42,426 nt of DNA from Octopus bimaculoides (GCF_001194135.2 NC_068987.1:71557824-71600249), one strand, 5' to 3'. Shown: positions 23,120 to 35,689, counted from the first letter of the stretch. Numbers and translations: made by a program. The notes: generated by a model not told the origin, from the letters alone.

Positions 23120-25720
23120 TATCCCCTTGTTAAGGCATGCTATCTCCTTCTACGCAGTAAAGTATATGTAAAGAACAGAGTGCAACTAGAAAAGTTGTAC
23201 AAGTCTCAGAAAGCAGACTTGCAAAAGGAATTCAGAAGGCTTGGAGACACTTGGTGGAGAAATTTGTCTGAGGAAGTACAGGCAGCCTATGACAGGAAAG
23301 ACATTAAAAGTTTTTATAGTTTATTGTGGCAGGTTTTTGGACCCCAATCTTCATCGTATATTTCCTTGAAGTCAAAAGATGGAAATGAAGTTATTAAATA
23401 TCCTCCTGGAATAATGAATAGATGGAGAGAACACTTTGCAAATCTTTTCCCTAATCCTTCTCTAGTGAACATGGATATCATAAGCAACATTCTGCAAAGA
23501 GAGAAAGTGCAACACATGAACGATACACCTTCCATTGAAGAAGTAAATCTGGCACTATATAAACTGAGATCAGGTAAAGCTCTTGTATTGGGTAGTATTC
23601 CAGTTGAAATTCTGAGAGCAGGCGAGAATCATATTTCATCTGAAATTCATAGCCTGATAACTCGAGTTTGGAATGAATCTTCTGTGCCACAAGAATGGAT
23701 AAATTGCATTCTAATCTCTGTATACAAGGGTAAGGGCCCAAATGCAGCGTGTGTTAATTTTAGAGGGGTAACTCTTCTGGCACATACCGGGAAGATACTT
23801 CCAAGGATCACGTTAGATTGCCTTATTGAGAATGTGTGTCCACATGTGATTCCTGAAGAACGGTGTGGACATGAGCGAGGAACAATGGACATGATATTTT
23901 CTGCGAGGCAGGTTCAGGAGAAATGCTTAGAGGAACACATGCCACTATACCATGTCTCCATAGATTTAACTAATGCATTTGACACGATAAAGAGGGAGGC
24001 ACTGTGGATTGTTTTGTGTAAACTTGATTGCCCAACACATTCTGCGAGCATCTTTAAGGAACTACAAAGAAACTTGAAAGTTCAGGTAGTCTTTAATGGT
24101 GAGCTATCTCATGAATTTTCAGTGGACAACGGTGTCAAACAGGGAGATATTCCTGATCCTACACTTTTCTCTATTTCTTTTGCTTGGTATGCTTTCAAGG
24201 ATTGCAACAGGGGAATCAGAACCAGATTTTGGACATCTTGGCTCATTTGAAATGGGCTGGAAATGTTATTAGAATGAAAGATAAGCGGTTGCCAAAGCGT
24301 CTTTTTTATGGTGAGCTGAACCCTGTAAGCGACCACAATATAAGCCGAGGAAAAGGTGTAAAGACTGTGTGAAGAAAAACCTGAAGAAACTAGATAGGAA
24401 CAAATGTGATTGGGAAATTGATGTTCTGGATCGGAACTAGTGGAGAGGTACTGTTAGGACTTGTTGCAATTCCTTGGAGGAAAAATCTGACGCGGTTTAA
24501 CTGCAAAGCAAAGACTTTCAAAATACTTGTAAGAGAATTACTTTATGCTAATTATGCTGATTTGTTGACACACTCAGACGGGGATATGCACCATTTAATG
24601 GACAGATTTACCACTGCATGTGTACATTTCGAACTCACAATTAGTCTTGAGAAAACCAAAATAATGTTTACTCCTGTGCCAGGACAAACATTTACTGATC
24701 CAAACCTTTTTGCCAATGGAACAAGGTTAGAAGTCGTTGGCACCTTTGTTTACCTTGGAAGCACACCGTCAAGAGAATACGGAAGGGAAGTGCTGCATTT
24801 GGAAAGCTCGAAAAGTGAGTATGGGCAGATACAGGTATTTCCCCGCAGACAAAAAACATTGTCAATAAAACATGTGTATTGACTGCACTTCTTTATTCGA
24901 GTGAGACGTGGACAACTTACAGGCGTCATTTGAAAATACTGGAGAGATTTCATCAAAAGTGCCTAAGAAGTATTTTAGGAGTCAAGTGGGACGGTTTCAT
25001 ACCAGAATGTTTCATGCACATAGCATGTTGTAGCTCAATTGAACAAAATGTTATCTTGGTTCAAATGAAATGGGCTGGACATGTTATTTCAAAGAAAGAT
25101 GAACGGTTGCCAAAGCGTCTTTTTTATGGTGAACTCAACTCTTGTAAGCGACCACAATATAAGCCGAGGATAAGGTGTAAACACTGTGTGAAGAAAAACC
25201 TGAAGAAACTAAATATGAACAACAAATGTGATTGGGAAATTGATGTTCTGGATCGGAACAAGTGGAGAGGTACTGTTAGGACTTTTTGCAATTCCTGGGA
25301 GGAAAAGATTATTCAGCACTCTGAGCTTAAAAGGGCCTGCCTCAAAGGAATAATTGGAACTAGAATCAACAATGAACATTGGATATGTATTATGAGTATC
25401 CTGTTCTGTGGTCAAAAGCAGGACACGTGAATCTTATGAAGGCACAAGAAAATCTTGAACACCAACCGCCTCTTATTACTTCTGTCATATGTCGCAAAAC
25501 TAGTAAGACGAGATCTGGACTTAGAAGACACTAGTTCACAAAAACATGCCTTCAGAATCAGATTTCAAAGGGCAAAGATGTAGAAGAAACTCGAATAATA
25601 TATCACTTGCGTTTTAAACGCAGTCAGTCTGCAGCTGGTCTTAAAAGTCATCTGAGGACTCATCAACGGAATGATTGTGCTGTGTGATGGTGTGTTGATG
25701 GGACGGCTATCATCTGTCAA
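23120..25720 (+). mobile_element. 5'-truncated RTE-clade non-LTR retrotransposon with a decayed RT
   Basis: Translation shows WWRNLSEEVQ..DRKD..FY, RWREHF..LF, NFRGVTLL..GKI, IDLTNAFDTI, GVKQGD...PTLF, RELLYANY (YADD mutated, 24544-24555), LLYSSETW, ERFHQKCLRSIL, KWAGHV and RLPKRLFYGEL. No AP endonuclease is visible. Confidence 0.93.
24235..24485 (+). repeat. Internal duplicate of the LINE 3' region (25053-25306) inserted in the RT domain
   Basis: About 250-bp collinear match, e.g. cggttgccaaagcgtcttttttatggtga and gattgggaaattgatgttctggatcggaac. Confidence 0.93.
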
Positions 25721-25769
25721 GATGAAGCAAACATCATATGTATATGTATATGCATGTTTGCATGTATGC

Positions 25770-25816
<47 letters not shown>

Positions 25817-25826
25817 NNNNNNNNNN

Positions 25827-25878
<52 letters not shown>

Positions 25879-26738
25879 CTACCAATGTCTCAGACTCATG
25901 CTAACTCATGCCAACAATCCACTCTACCCTATGAAGTACTCAGTACAAGGAGCAGATGTCGCTGTCTACACTATACCGCAGCCTGTCACCATAGCTGAGC
26001 AAGCATTCCACATGGACCTAAATGTAAAGATAATAGATGATGTCACTTTCATAACATTAATACCATGTGACTTGAACTGGACATCGAGAAGTCATCTGGA
26101 ATTTCTTTGAAATATATATATATACATATACATATATGTATATATATTATATATATATATATATATATATNNNNNNNNNNNNNNNNNNNNNNNNNNNNNN
26201 NNNNNNNNNNNNNNNNNNNNNNNNNNNNNNNNNNNNNNNNNNNNNNNNNNNNNNNNNNNNNNNNNNNNNNNNNNNNNNNNNNNNNNNNNNNNNNNNNNNN
26301 NNNNNNNNNNNNNNNNNNNNNNNNNNNNNNNNNNNNNNNNNNNNNNNNNNNNNNNNNNNNNNNNNNNNNNNNNNNNNNNNNNNNNNNNNNNNNNNNNNNN
26401 NNNNNNNNNNNNNNNNNNNNNNNNNNNNNNNNNNNNNNNNNNNNNNNNNNNNNNNNNNNNNNNNNNNNNNNNNNNNNNNNNNNNNNNNNNNNNNNNNNNN
26501 NNNNNNNNNNNNNNNNNNNNNNNNNNNNNNNNNNNNNNNNNNNNNNNNNNNNNNNNNNNNNNNNNNNNNNNNNNNNNNNNNNNNNTACGTTAGTGGTCGA
26601 CGTTATTTTTTAAAATGTACCTTAATCCCCTGAGATTGCAGATGATATTTCTGAATCTCTTTGATTCTTTAGATGTGCTGGCCTCCTGATATTTAATCGA
26701 TATTAATTAATATATGATTAATTAACAGATTTTATAAT

Positions 26739-26954
26739 AACGTTAGCACACCGGGCGAAAAGCTTAGCGGTATTTCGTCAGGCTTTACGTTCTGAGTTCA
26801 AATTCCGCCGAGGTCGACTTTGCCTTTCATCCTTTCGGGGTCGATAAATTAAGTACCAGTTTCGCACTGTGGTAGATGTAGTCGACTTAATCCCTTTGTC
26901 TGTTCTTGTTTGCCTCCTCTATGTTTAGCCCCTTGTGGACAATAAAGAAATAAG
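26739..26954 (+). mobile_element. Family A SINE, first unit of a dimer
   Basis: aacgttagcacaccgggcgaaaagcttagcggtatttcg...gagttcaaattccgccgaggtcgactttgcc...ccccttgtggacaataaagaaataag. Confidence 0.9.
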
Positions 26955-26955
26955 A

Positions 26956-27152
26956 AACGTTAGCACGCCGGGCGGAAAGCGTAGCGGAATTTCCTCTAAC
27001 TTTACGTTCTGAGTTCAAATTCCGCCGAGGCTGACTTTGCCTTTCATCCTTTCAGGATTGATAAATTAAGTACCAGTTGAGTACTGGAGTCGATCTAATC
27101 GACTGGTCCCCTCCCCCAAAATTTCGGGCCGTGTGCCTAGACTAGAAAAAAA
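26956..27152 (+). mobile_element. Family A SINE, second unit of a dimer, with a different tail
   Basis: Same start and body as unit 1, but ends cccctcccccaaaatttcgggccgtgtgcctagactagaaaaaaat. Confidence 0.9.
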
Positions 27153-27349
27153 TACATAATATCATGGTTCGGTTTGAGAAAGCAATAGCCGTTTACGAAA
27201 ATCTTGGGATGATTTTTGTTTTGGTTTTTTTTTTTATCAACATGAATTTATTCGCCAGTGGTTGAAGATTGAAGCGTTCGCATCAAAATTCTACCAAACA
27301 CTTCAAAACCAAGTGGAAAAGTAACAATTAATTACAAACTGTTTTGTGG

Positions 27350-27695
27350 TGGATCTCCGTCGTTCGACTATGAGGATACAGTTGTTCGATCGGCCGAATT
27401 ACTTACTCTTCAATTAACGTGTAAGTGGCTGAGTATTCCAGAGATACGTGTACTCTTAATCTTAATTTTCGGGCAGAATCTGCACGACATAGATTGTAAC
27501 AAAACTATGCCTCTTTAAATTAAGCTTGAATTAGCTCGACTGGCTTCTCTGTAGTTTCCATTAACTCATTTTTGTTCACAAAGTATGGGTCGACCCACAG
27601 TTATAGAAAACTATATTTCCCAAGATGCCACGCAGTGGGATTGAATCCGGATCGTGGTGTTGCAATACGATCTACTTAAACATTTAGACATACGG
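27350..27695 (-). mobile_element. Old chimeric SINE: family B-like head plus family C tail
   Basis: Minus strand has ggattcaatcccactgcgtggcatcttggg...gggtcgacc...ggaaactacagagaagcc (B head), then gtacacgtatctctggaatactcagccacttacacgttaatt...gacggag (C tail). Confidence 0.75.
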
Positions 27696-27832
27696 TATCT
27701 ACAAGAAACAATATAATGTGTAAAGGAAACAATTCGAAATCAAATCTTCAGTCTTAGCTTGCAGCTCACAGAGTGTTCGTCATGCTCAGATATACCTTGA
27801 TTTTAAATTTCTTCAGTATATCTCATTACAGT

Positions 27833-28222
27833 GGAGGCGCAATGGCCCAGTGGTTAGGGCAGCAGACTCGCGGTCGTAGGATCGCGGTTTCGATTCCCAG
27901 ACCAGGCGTTCTGAGTGTTTATTGAGCGAAAACTCCTAAAGCTCCACGAGGCCCCGGCAGGGGATGATGGCGAACCCTGCTGTACTCTTTCACCACAACT
28001 TTCTCTCACTCTTACTTCCTGTTTCTGTTGTGCTTGTAATTCAAAGGGTGAGTCTTGTCACACTGTGTCACGCTGAATATCCCTCGAGAACTACGTTAAC
28101 TGTACACGTGTCTGTGGAGTGCTCAGCCACTTGCACGTTAATTTCACGAGCAGGCTGTTCCGTTGATCGGATCAACTGGAACCCTCGACGTCGTAAGCGA
28201 CGGAGTGCCAACAACAACAACA
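27833..28222 (+). mobile_element. Family C tRNA-derived SINE with an (AAC)n tail
   Basis: A-box tggcccagtggtt, B-box ggtttcgattcc, 3' end accctcgacgtcgtaagcgacggagtgccaacaacaac. Confidence 0.9.
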
Positions 28223-30105
28223 AAATTTCATTACAGCCCGATAGGTGTCTTATACATGTAAGTGGTTAGAAAAATGTATCATGGTTATTTATTCTTTTTT
28301 TTTCTGTGGTGCTTTAACTATAAAGTATGTGGTAGACTAGAGGTTTTGATATGATATTCGACAATGCCACTTTATCAAAAATCATACAGACTTCATAGTT
28401 AGGAAGTTGTGATTTCAACATGATCAACCAAGTGTAAATTTAATGTGTAGATACAAGTGATATGGTAGAATACACAAGATGCTAAATAATTTCATGCATA
28501 ATGCTGTTGGCTCTTAGTACGAAACTATGTTTCTAAGTCCAGCTAGCTGTCAAAAATGTATTACATCATTTGAGAATGATATCTTTCATAGACAAACGGC
28601 CTATTGGTTGAAAGCGATATGTCTCTTATTCATACAATGATATAAATCTAGAGCTACGAACTAGATTTCAAAGAGTCCTCCGTGGTCTTGGAAACAAGCT
28701 TTTTTTTAACTTGCTACGTTAAATGCTCAGCAAGATGACTGGATACGAAAGTTTTTTTTCTTTTAGGAACCTAAACCCACAGGATTGTTTCTGTATGCTT
28801 TGTATTGATCTTTCAGTTTTCGTGTATGTGAGCCATGGGTATTTACCCCTAATATATAAAAACGTGTATTTAAAGAAACTTTTGTAGTAAAATGAACTCC
28901 CCACCACTAAAATTAACGACGACGCAATTTAATTGAAACAGAGAAGGATTTATCAAGGCTAACCAATGAGACAAGGTTTGACGTTACAGTGATGATAATA
29001 TTGCTGCTGCCCACAATACTAAACTTTACCATATTATGGAGTTTTATACAGCTTGAGATGAGGACAGAGATATTGGAAGTTAAGCATCTTTATCGTGGAT
29101 TATTTCATATTACTTTGATAAGGTACGAACTGCTGGCTTTTCAACACGTCATAAGGCTCCTTATCATCGACTACACCGACTACATTATTTTGTGCATATC
29201 TTTCTTTAGAGATAACGGATATTTACCCGCCTGTGAATCAGAATAATCGTTTGAAGTAATGTATCGCAGAACCAGAGCTGTAGTTCAGTCTCCATTGGGA
29301 CGATGTGACATAAACAGCCAACATCTAAAGGTTCAACATTTAAATTGATGATTATAAGTTAATGAAAGATGTGTAATCCAACATGTAATTAGTTGCGATA
29401 TATACGAGTTAAATCTATTAGCAATAATTATCTTCTTCTAGTAGGTATGGTATGATATAAAATAAACGTTGATTCCTCAGCATGTAACTTTGTGAACATT
29501 GCAACTAATTGCAGTGTCAATTATGTATCGTTCTATTTACTGAACAGCTTAAGTATTAATATCATCACACTACTTTCGCTAATAGTATGTGCATTTACAT
29601 ATACTCAAACACATGTGTTGCTATGTTGACGTGAGAACATTGCTATGTTCGGTGTTCCTGCTCAATTATATACATGTATCATTCGCACATACACTCATAT
29701 GCAACTAAATCTGCCCGTACTCGTATGGATAGATGTGGAAGCGAAACTATAGACACACGCATTATTGCAAGATACACTGAATCAACTTCAGCTATATATA
29801 ATGAGACTGCATGGAATCATTGCTTTCACTTTTCAATTAACTCTTCACTTTTAACGCAATACTCACTAAACTTATGCAAACAAACATACATAAGTAATAT
29901 TACTTACATAAGTAATACTACTTACGTACTACACACACACATACACGTATATATATATATATATATATATATACATACATACAGCATTCGAATGTAATAA
30001 TATAATAAAGCATCTTCATTATGCGGTGGTCAGTGAGATATGACTATGTATAAGTTCGGAAGTTTTGTGTATGTGCCAGCATCTACATGTATGCATGAGA
30101 GAGAG

Positions 30106-30205
30106 AGAGACAGACGAACGGATGGACGGACGGACGGACGGACGGATGGATGGACGGACGGATGGACGTACGGACGGATGGATGGATGGATGGATGGATG
30201 GATAT
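30106..30205. repeat. (GA)n/(GGAC)n/(GGAT)n compound microsatellite
   Basis: Visible arrays. Confidence 0.95.
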
Positions 30206-30217
30206 GTATATCTTTAA

Positions 30218-30440
30218 TCTTTTGCTTGTCTCAGTCATTAGACTGCGACCATGCTAGGGCACTGCCTTGGAGTGTTTGGTCGAACAAATCGACCCCAGTC
30301 GTTATTATTTAAGTCTGGTATATATTATATCGATATCATTTACCGAACAGCTATAATGCAGGGGCGTAAACACACCAACACCGGTCGTCAAGTTTTGATG
30401 AGGGGCAAACACAAACACAAAGGCATACAAACACAAAGAC
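30218..30440 (-). mobile_element. Family B SINE, 3' half
   Basis: Reverse complement of the tail at 35860-36060. Confidence 0.8.
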
Positions 30441-30459
30441 ACACACACACATACACAAA

Positions 30460-30474
30460 CGTATATATATATCT

Positions 30475-30540
<66 letters not shown>

Positions 30541-30625
30541 CGATAGATAGACAGACAGACAAACAGACAGATACATACATACATACATACGTACATAGAT
30601 GTGTGTGTATGTGTGTGTGTGTGTG
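30460..30625. repeat. (TA)n/(GATA)n/(GACA)n/(TACA)n/(GT)n compound microsatellite
   Basis: Visible arrays. Confidence 0.95.
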
Positions 30626-30868
30626 TGGTAAGAAGCTTGCTCTCCAACCACATGTTCCCGGGTTCAGTCTTACTGCGTGTCACCTGGGGTAAGTGTCTTC
30701 TACTATAAACTAGGGCCGACCAAAGCCTTGTGAGTGGATTAGGTAGACGGAAACTGAAAGAATCCCGTCGTATATATGTATATACATATCTATGCGTGTG
30801 TGTCTGTGTTTGTCCCACCATCACCACTTGACAACCGGTGTTGGTGTGTTTATGTTCCTGTAACTTAC
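30620..30868 (+). mobile_element. Family B SINE, 5' two-thirds
   Basis: gtggtaagaagcttgctctccaaccacatgttcccgggttcagtc...gtaagtgtcttctactata...gccgaccaaagccttgtgagtggatt. Confidence 0.88.
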
Positions 30869-31960
30869 ATACATACAAACAAAAATACTCTTTTGTTGAT
30901 TTTGAAATTCCAATGAAGGAGCCTTGGCTCTCTGTAAGAAACCAGCTCTTTATCAGCAAGAAATTTTGAAATAAAACTGAATAATGTTATACATACATAC
31001 ATACATACATACATACATAAGTGTGTGTCTTTGTGTACCTACGAATATATTTGAGTGCGTGGGGTAGAATCGCCATAAAAATAAGATGCGCTTGATATTA
31101 CAATAAGTTCCATATTTAATCTTCTCTTCCATTACGGATATTACATTTCGAAAATAATATCTAAACGAATGTAAGAATGGCGAAAGTCATTGCGAAATAG
31201 AATGGTTAATCATAATAAATAATTAATCAATATCATTCAGGTAGCTAAAATTGCGCCTATTAATAATAATATAATCAATTGATATCTTCAGTTACTCAGA
31301 TATGGTGACATACATTCATAACAGCAAACATGAATGATGTGCGTCAATTATCTAAAGCTACTAAAACTATTCAAAACTTATATTAACTCTAATGGGTAAC
31401 TCTAGCAAGCAATAGAAGTCCCTGGCAAGGAGAGGTTTGGAAACAGTTTGGTTGCACGAGTGCAATCAGTCGAACATTCTGCATACCGGATGTCAGTAGG
31501 TATCGAGAGCAATCAGGGGTAAATGTGCACCGTTTCGAGACCTTCCTCTCGGCGGTTTTAAGCAAACGGCCCACGCACCCACCCACTGATTCTAGATCTC
31601 ATGTATTGGTTCAATTTACCAGTATTTGACCTCAAATCTATTTCAGGATGGTCACTTCTCCATCGAAAGGTCCTCTTATGACAGCATTTACATTTTTGTA
31701 TCCCTCGCCAACTTATGAGGCATAAGTCTTCTTTTTTTCCCATTATATTGAGCTTAAGAGTGGCGAACTGGTGGAATCATTATAGCTCTTTATGTTCTGG
31801 TTTCAAATTCTGCCTTTCATCCAAAAAAGTCTCTGGCATTAAGGATTATATTGAGCTCCAAGATATTTCACTTTCAGTTGTAACATGCCAGTAAATTTCA
31901 TATTTTCTGAAAACACTTCCATACTAAAGGACTTCTTTTACTTATATTTACATTTTAACC

Positions 31961-34175
31961 CAGTGTTGGGAAAACTGCGGCCGGCGGGCCGCATGCGTCC
32001 TTTTACGGGGTTATGTGCGACCCACGGAAGCCTGCAGAAATTAGAAAAAAAAATAAATTTTTATGAAATTCAATATGCTTGTGCTTCAACCGAGGTTAAC
32101 TTTTTCGGTGTCATAGAAATCTATGCCCCATTTTCCGATGGTTACATACTTTCTGTGTATGCGTATGATATTGCGCATGCGCAGTTATTGCTGATAGTAG
32201 CCTGCACAACATGATCTCTCCACCCCTACGAACAGTGCCTCCTAAAATAACGTAAAATTGAGGATGAGTGCCGTGCATTTATTGAAGAATGTTTGTACAA
32301 CTATTTGTTCACCAATTCTAAGAATAAAGCAGTGTGCTTACTGTGCCAGGAGACGATTGCCGTGTTAAAGGAGTGCAATTTGAGGCAGCACTACCAAGCA
32401 AAACACGGAGATTTTGGATACAACATGACCGATGAAGAACAGAAGAAAATGGATGTGGAATATGTTGCAAAATTGATCAAACAACAAACTCTATTTAAGA
32501 AGCAATTATCAATTCACGATACTGAATTGGAGGGAAGTTTTATGGTAGCATACCGAATTTCAAGACGTAACAAACCATTCTCAGATGGTGAGTTAATAAA
32601 ACAATTCAGGATAGATTGCGCAAGTGTTGTATGCCCGGAAATGAAAGGTAAATTCAAAAATATTTCATTATCGAAGACTGTTGTGCGATGCATAGAAATA
32701 ACCAGTGAGGAATTGACTCAACAGCTGAGGGATGCAAGTTATTCGTTAGTAGTAGATGAGAGTACCGACATCCAATATACTGCACAGTAATTAATTTTCG
32801 TACGTGGAGTGGATGAGAATTTCCGTATCACCGGAGAATTGTTGTCACCAGACTCGATGAAAATTACAACAACTGGTCAGGATTTGTATGAGTGTGTGGT
32901 CAATGCAATTGAATAAAGTGCATTATCATGAGATAGATTGACAAGCATAGCAACAGATGGTGCCCGGGCATTACGTGGGGAAAATGTGGGCATGGTTAAC
33001 CTCTTGGAAGACAAGATTAGAAAAGACAATCCTAACCAAGCTTTCTTGTCTTTCCACTGCATTTTGCACCAAGAAAATCTGTGTAAATCTGTTCTTAACC
33101 TGAAGCATGTGATGGATCCAGTGGTGAGTGTAGTAAACACCACCAGGGCAAGAGCACTCAATCACAGACAATTCAAATCCCTACTGAGGGATATGGAGGC
33201 TGAGCATGGGGATGTTCTCTTCCACAACAATGTACAATGGCTCAGTCTCGGCAAACTGCCTAAGCGAATGTGGAACTTACGAAAAGATATTCTACTCTTT
33301 CGCGATATGACAAGGATTCTTTGTGAATTTGTTACAAAAATGGACTGTGATGAGTGGAAATATGGACTTATATTTGCAGCTGATGTTTTTGAAAAGTTGA
33401 ACGAGCTAAATGTAAAATTGCAGTGAAAGGAACTTTTGGCTCATGAAATGTATAAGCACGTCAAATCTTTTCAAGCAAAATTATATTTGTTTTCAAGGCA
33501 AGCAATTGAGGATAAGTTCACCCATTTTTTATTGTTGGGAAAAGAGAAAGTACCTGCAAATGTGTATTCAAAAATTAAAAATCAGTTGAGAAGTTTGACT
33601 GAAGAGCTTGAAAGGATGTTGGAGGATTTCAGGCAGATTAAGATTAAATTCAACTTATTAACTTCTCCTTTCTCTGCTGATGTTGATGCATCACCTGATG
33701 AATTACAGCTTGAAATGATAGGCATTCAATCTGACCATTCATTGAAGGAAATGTTTCACTCCCTACCATTAGTAGTGTTTTACAAGTCACTCTCTGTTTA
33801 ATGCTTTCCGCGTTTAAGAAATTTTGTTGCCAGTTCATTCTCTATTTTTGGTTCCACTTACATTTGTGAACAGAGTTTTTCTTGCAAGTCCGAGAACAGG
33901 TCCATGGTGTCAGACACAAACTTAAATGCTGTGATGAGAGTTTCTACCAGTGACCTTGTGCTAGACTTCAAAAGAATTGTAAAGCAGAATTGTGACCAGA
34001 AACATTTCCCAGTTAAATTGCTTGTGTTAGATTAAGAATTTGTTTGTTTTTATTAACCATACTGTCGATGAGTTGCATTATTTTAAAACGCAACGCCCGA
34101 TTTTAAAAGGTGCGGCTCTTTGACTTTCATGGCCCACTGATGCGGCCCTCGCTCTGAAAAGTTTGCCCACCACTG
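31961..34175 (+). mobile_element. hAT (Buster/Charlie-type) DNA transposon, structurally complete
   Basis: TIRs cagtgttgggaaaact / agtttgcccaccactg; perfect 8-bp TSD TTTTAACC (31953-31960 and 34176-34183) fitting NNNTANNN; GC-rich subterminal gcggcc motifs. Confidence 0.95.
32235..34016 (+). pseudogene. hAT transposase pseudogene (GTF2IRD2/ZBED-like)
   Basis: BED-like CLLC...HYQAKH, DESTD, IATDGA, FHCILHQ, VQWLS and FGSTYICEQSFS. One frame from 32251, with stops at 32788, 32914, 33424 and 33799. Confidence 0.93.
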
Positions 34176-34427
34176 TTTTAACCAATCGCAATATTCTCTC
34201 TTCAATCCAAATCTCCCCTTTTCGAAGTTACATACTAACCTCTCACCCTTCGCTTTCCCAACTAAACTTAACAGTCTCCCTTCATTCTTCGTCTCTACAC
34301 TGTTCTTCCTATCCGTAAATAAGTACAACTCTATCAGATAGTCTTTAATTGTGAATTAAAACACGATATATGAAACGATTACAAGGATGACAAACTTCAG
34401 ATCTGGTGTGTGTGTGAGAGAGAGAGA

Positions 34428-34472
<45 letters not shown>

Positions 34473-35429
34473 TGTGTGTGTGTGAGCGTGTGCGTGTGCG
34501 TGTGTCTGCGTGTCTGTGTGTTAAGGAACGCAGAAACGAGAAAATCGCTCGGAGTAGCGACCAAATGTTCTATCAAGGTGCAAGAATGAGTGAACTCCTT
34601 CCACTAGTTATCTTTATAATCTTTCTACATACAATGAACGGGCGAATACATACATGTACGCACATATATACATACTAAAAAACATACACATAAATGCACA
34701 TATAGATGTATTGTTTCTATGTAAAGCGATATATGAAAGCAGTTGAACAGTAAATTGAGGGATCACTCAGTATATTTTAGCAGAGTAGATAGACAGACGG
34801 ACGGACGGACGGACGGACGGATGGATAGACAGAGTGTGAGATAGAGAGAGTAAGAGAGAGAGAGAAAGAAAGAGTGCGTTACTCGGTAGTTGTTCTAAGA
34901 ATAAAATGATATATACGGTAAACCTCATTTCCATGGATTTAAGCCTCACTGGAAATCGTAAACAAATTAGTTACATCACAGTTTTATTCTCTCTGCTACA
35001 ACAAAGAGAATCGACTCACGTAATTTCATGTTGTGTTAACCTCTCATCAGAGATCACCTGTCCACTTTCTGCGCTCAAAAAGAATCGTGTCTCATAGCTA
35101 TTTCTTGTGTACATAACCTTTAGTCTGCGTATTTTTGTATAATAATGCTGGTGATGGCAACGTTTAATTGATTATTTAAAAGTTCACTACTGCATAACAT
35201 GTCTTTTAGGATAGTTTGAAACGTAAAGTAATACCTGCTAGTATGTGATTTAGTAAATACATAATGTAGCCCATCAGCGAGATGTAAATAAAGCAATTAC
35301 TCAAGAGAATATTCTATTCAAAGAGAACCTAACTGTGTGATTGCCAAATACATTCTAAGATATACCTTACATTTCAAGCTATCCTAAAATTTCTTTCTAA
35401 TTTTCGCACAACGATAGTAACGTTGAATG

Positions 35430-35603
35430 AAGGCCAAGTCGATTATATCGACCCCTATGTTCAACTGCTACTTTATTTTATCAACGGCGAAAACAGTGAA
35501 AGGCGAAGTTGACCTTGGCAGCATTTGAACTCATAAAGTAAAGAGCCGGAAGAAATGCCTGCTAAGCATTTTGTCCAACGTGATAAACGATTCTGCCAAG
35601 TCC
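35430..35603 (-). mobile_element. Family A SINE, degenerate
   Basis: aagtcgattatatcgaccc...gttgaccttggcagcatttgaactc...ctaagcattttgtccaacgtg...acgattctgcca. Confidence 0.75.
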
Positions 35604-35689
35604 AAAACAAAAAATATTCGAAAATAACAACAGTGTAGCACTATCGTCTAATTCATTCATAACACCAAAATTATGCAAAAATTATGGTT

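Noticed and set aside
23078-24250. 390-aa ORF as a host gene
   Set aside because: It is part of a truncated RTE reverse transcriptase whose YADD motif is mutated.
27833-27905. Functional tRNA genes at SINE heads (also 39503-39575, 30620-30680)
   Set aside because: A and B boxes are present but no full cloverleaf forms, and SINE bodies follow directly.
29051-29121. 71-nt plus-strand exon candidate LEMRTEILEVKHLYRGLFHITLIR with AG/GT
   Set aside because: Short, unrecognised, and expected by chance in 42 kb of AT-rich DNA.
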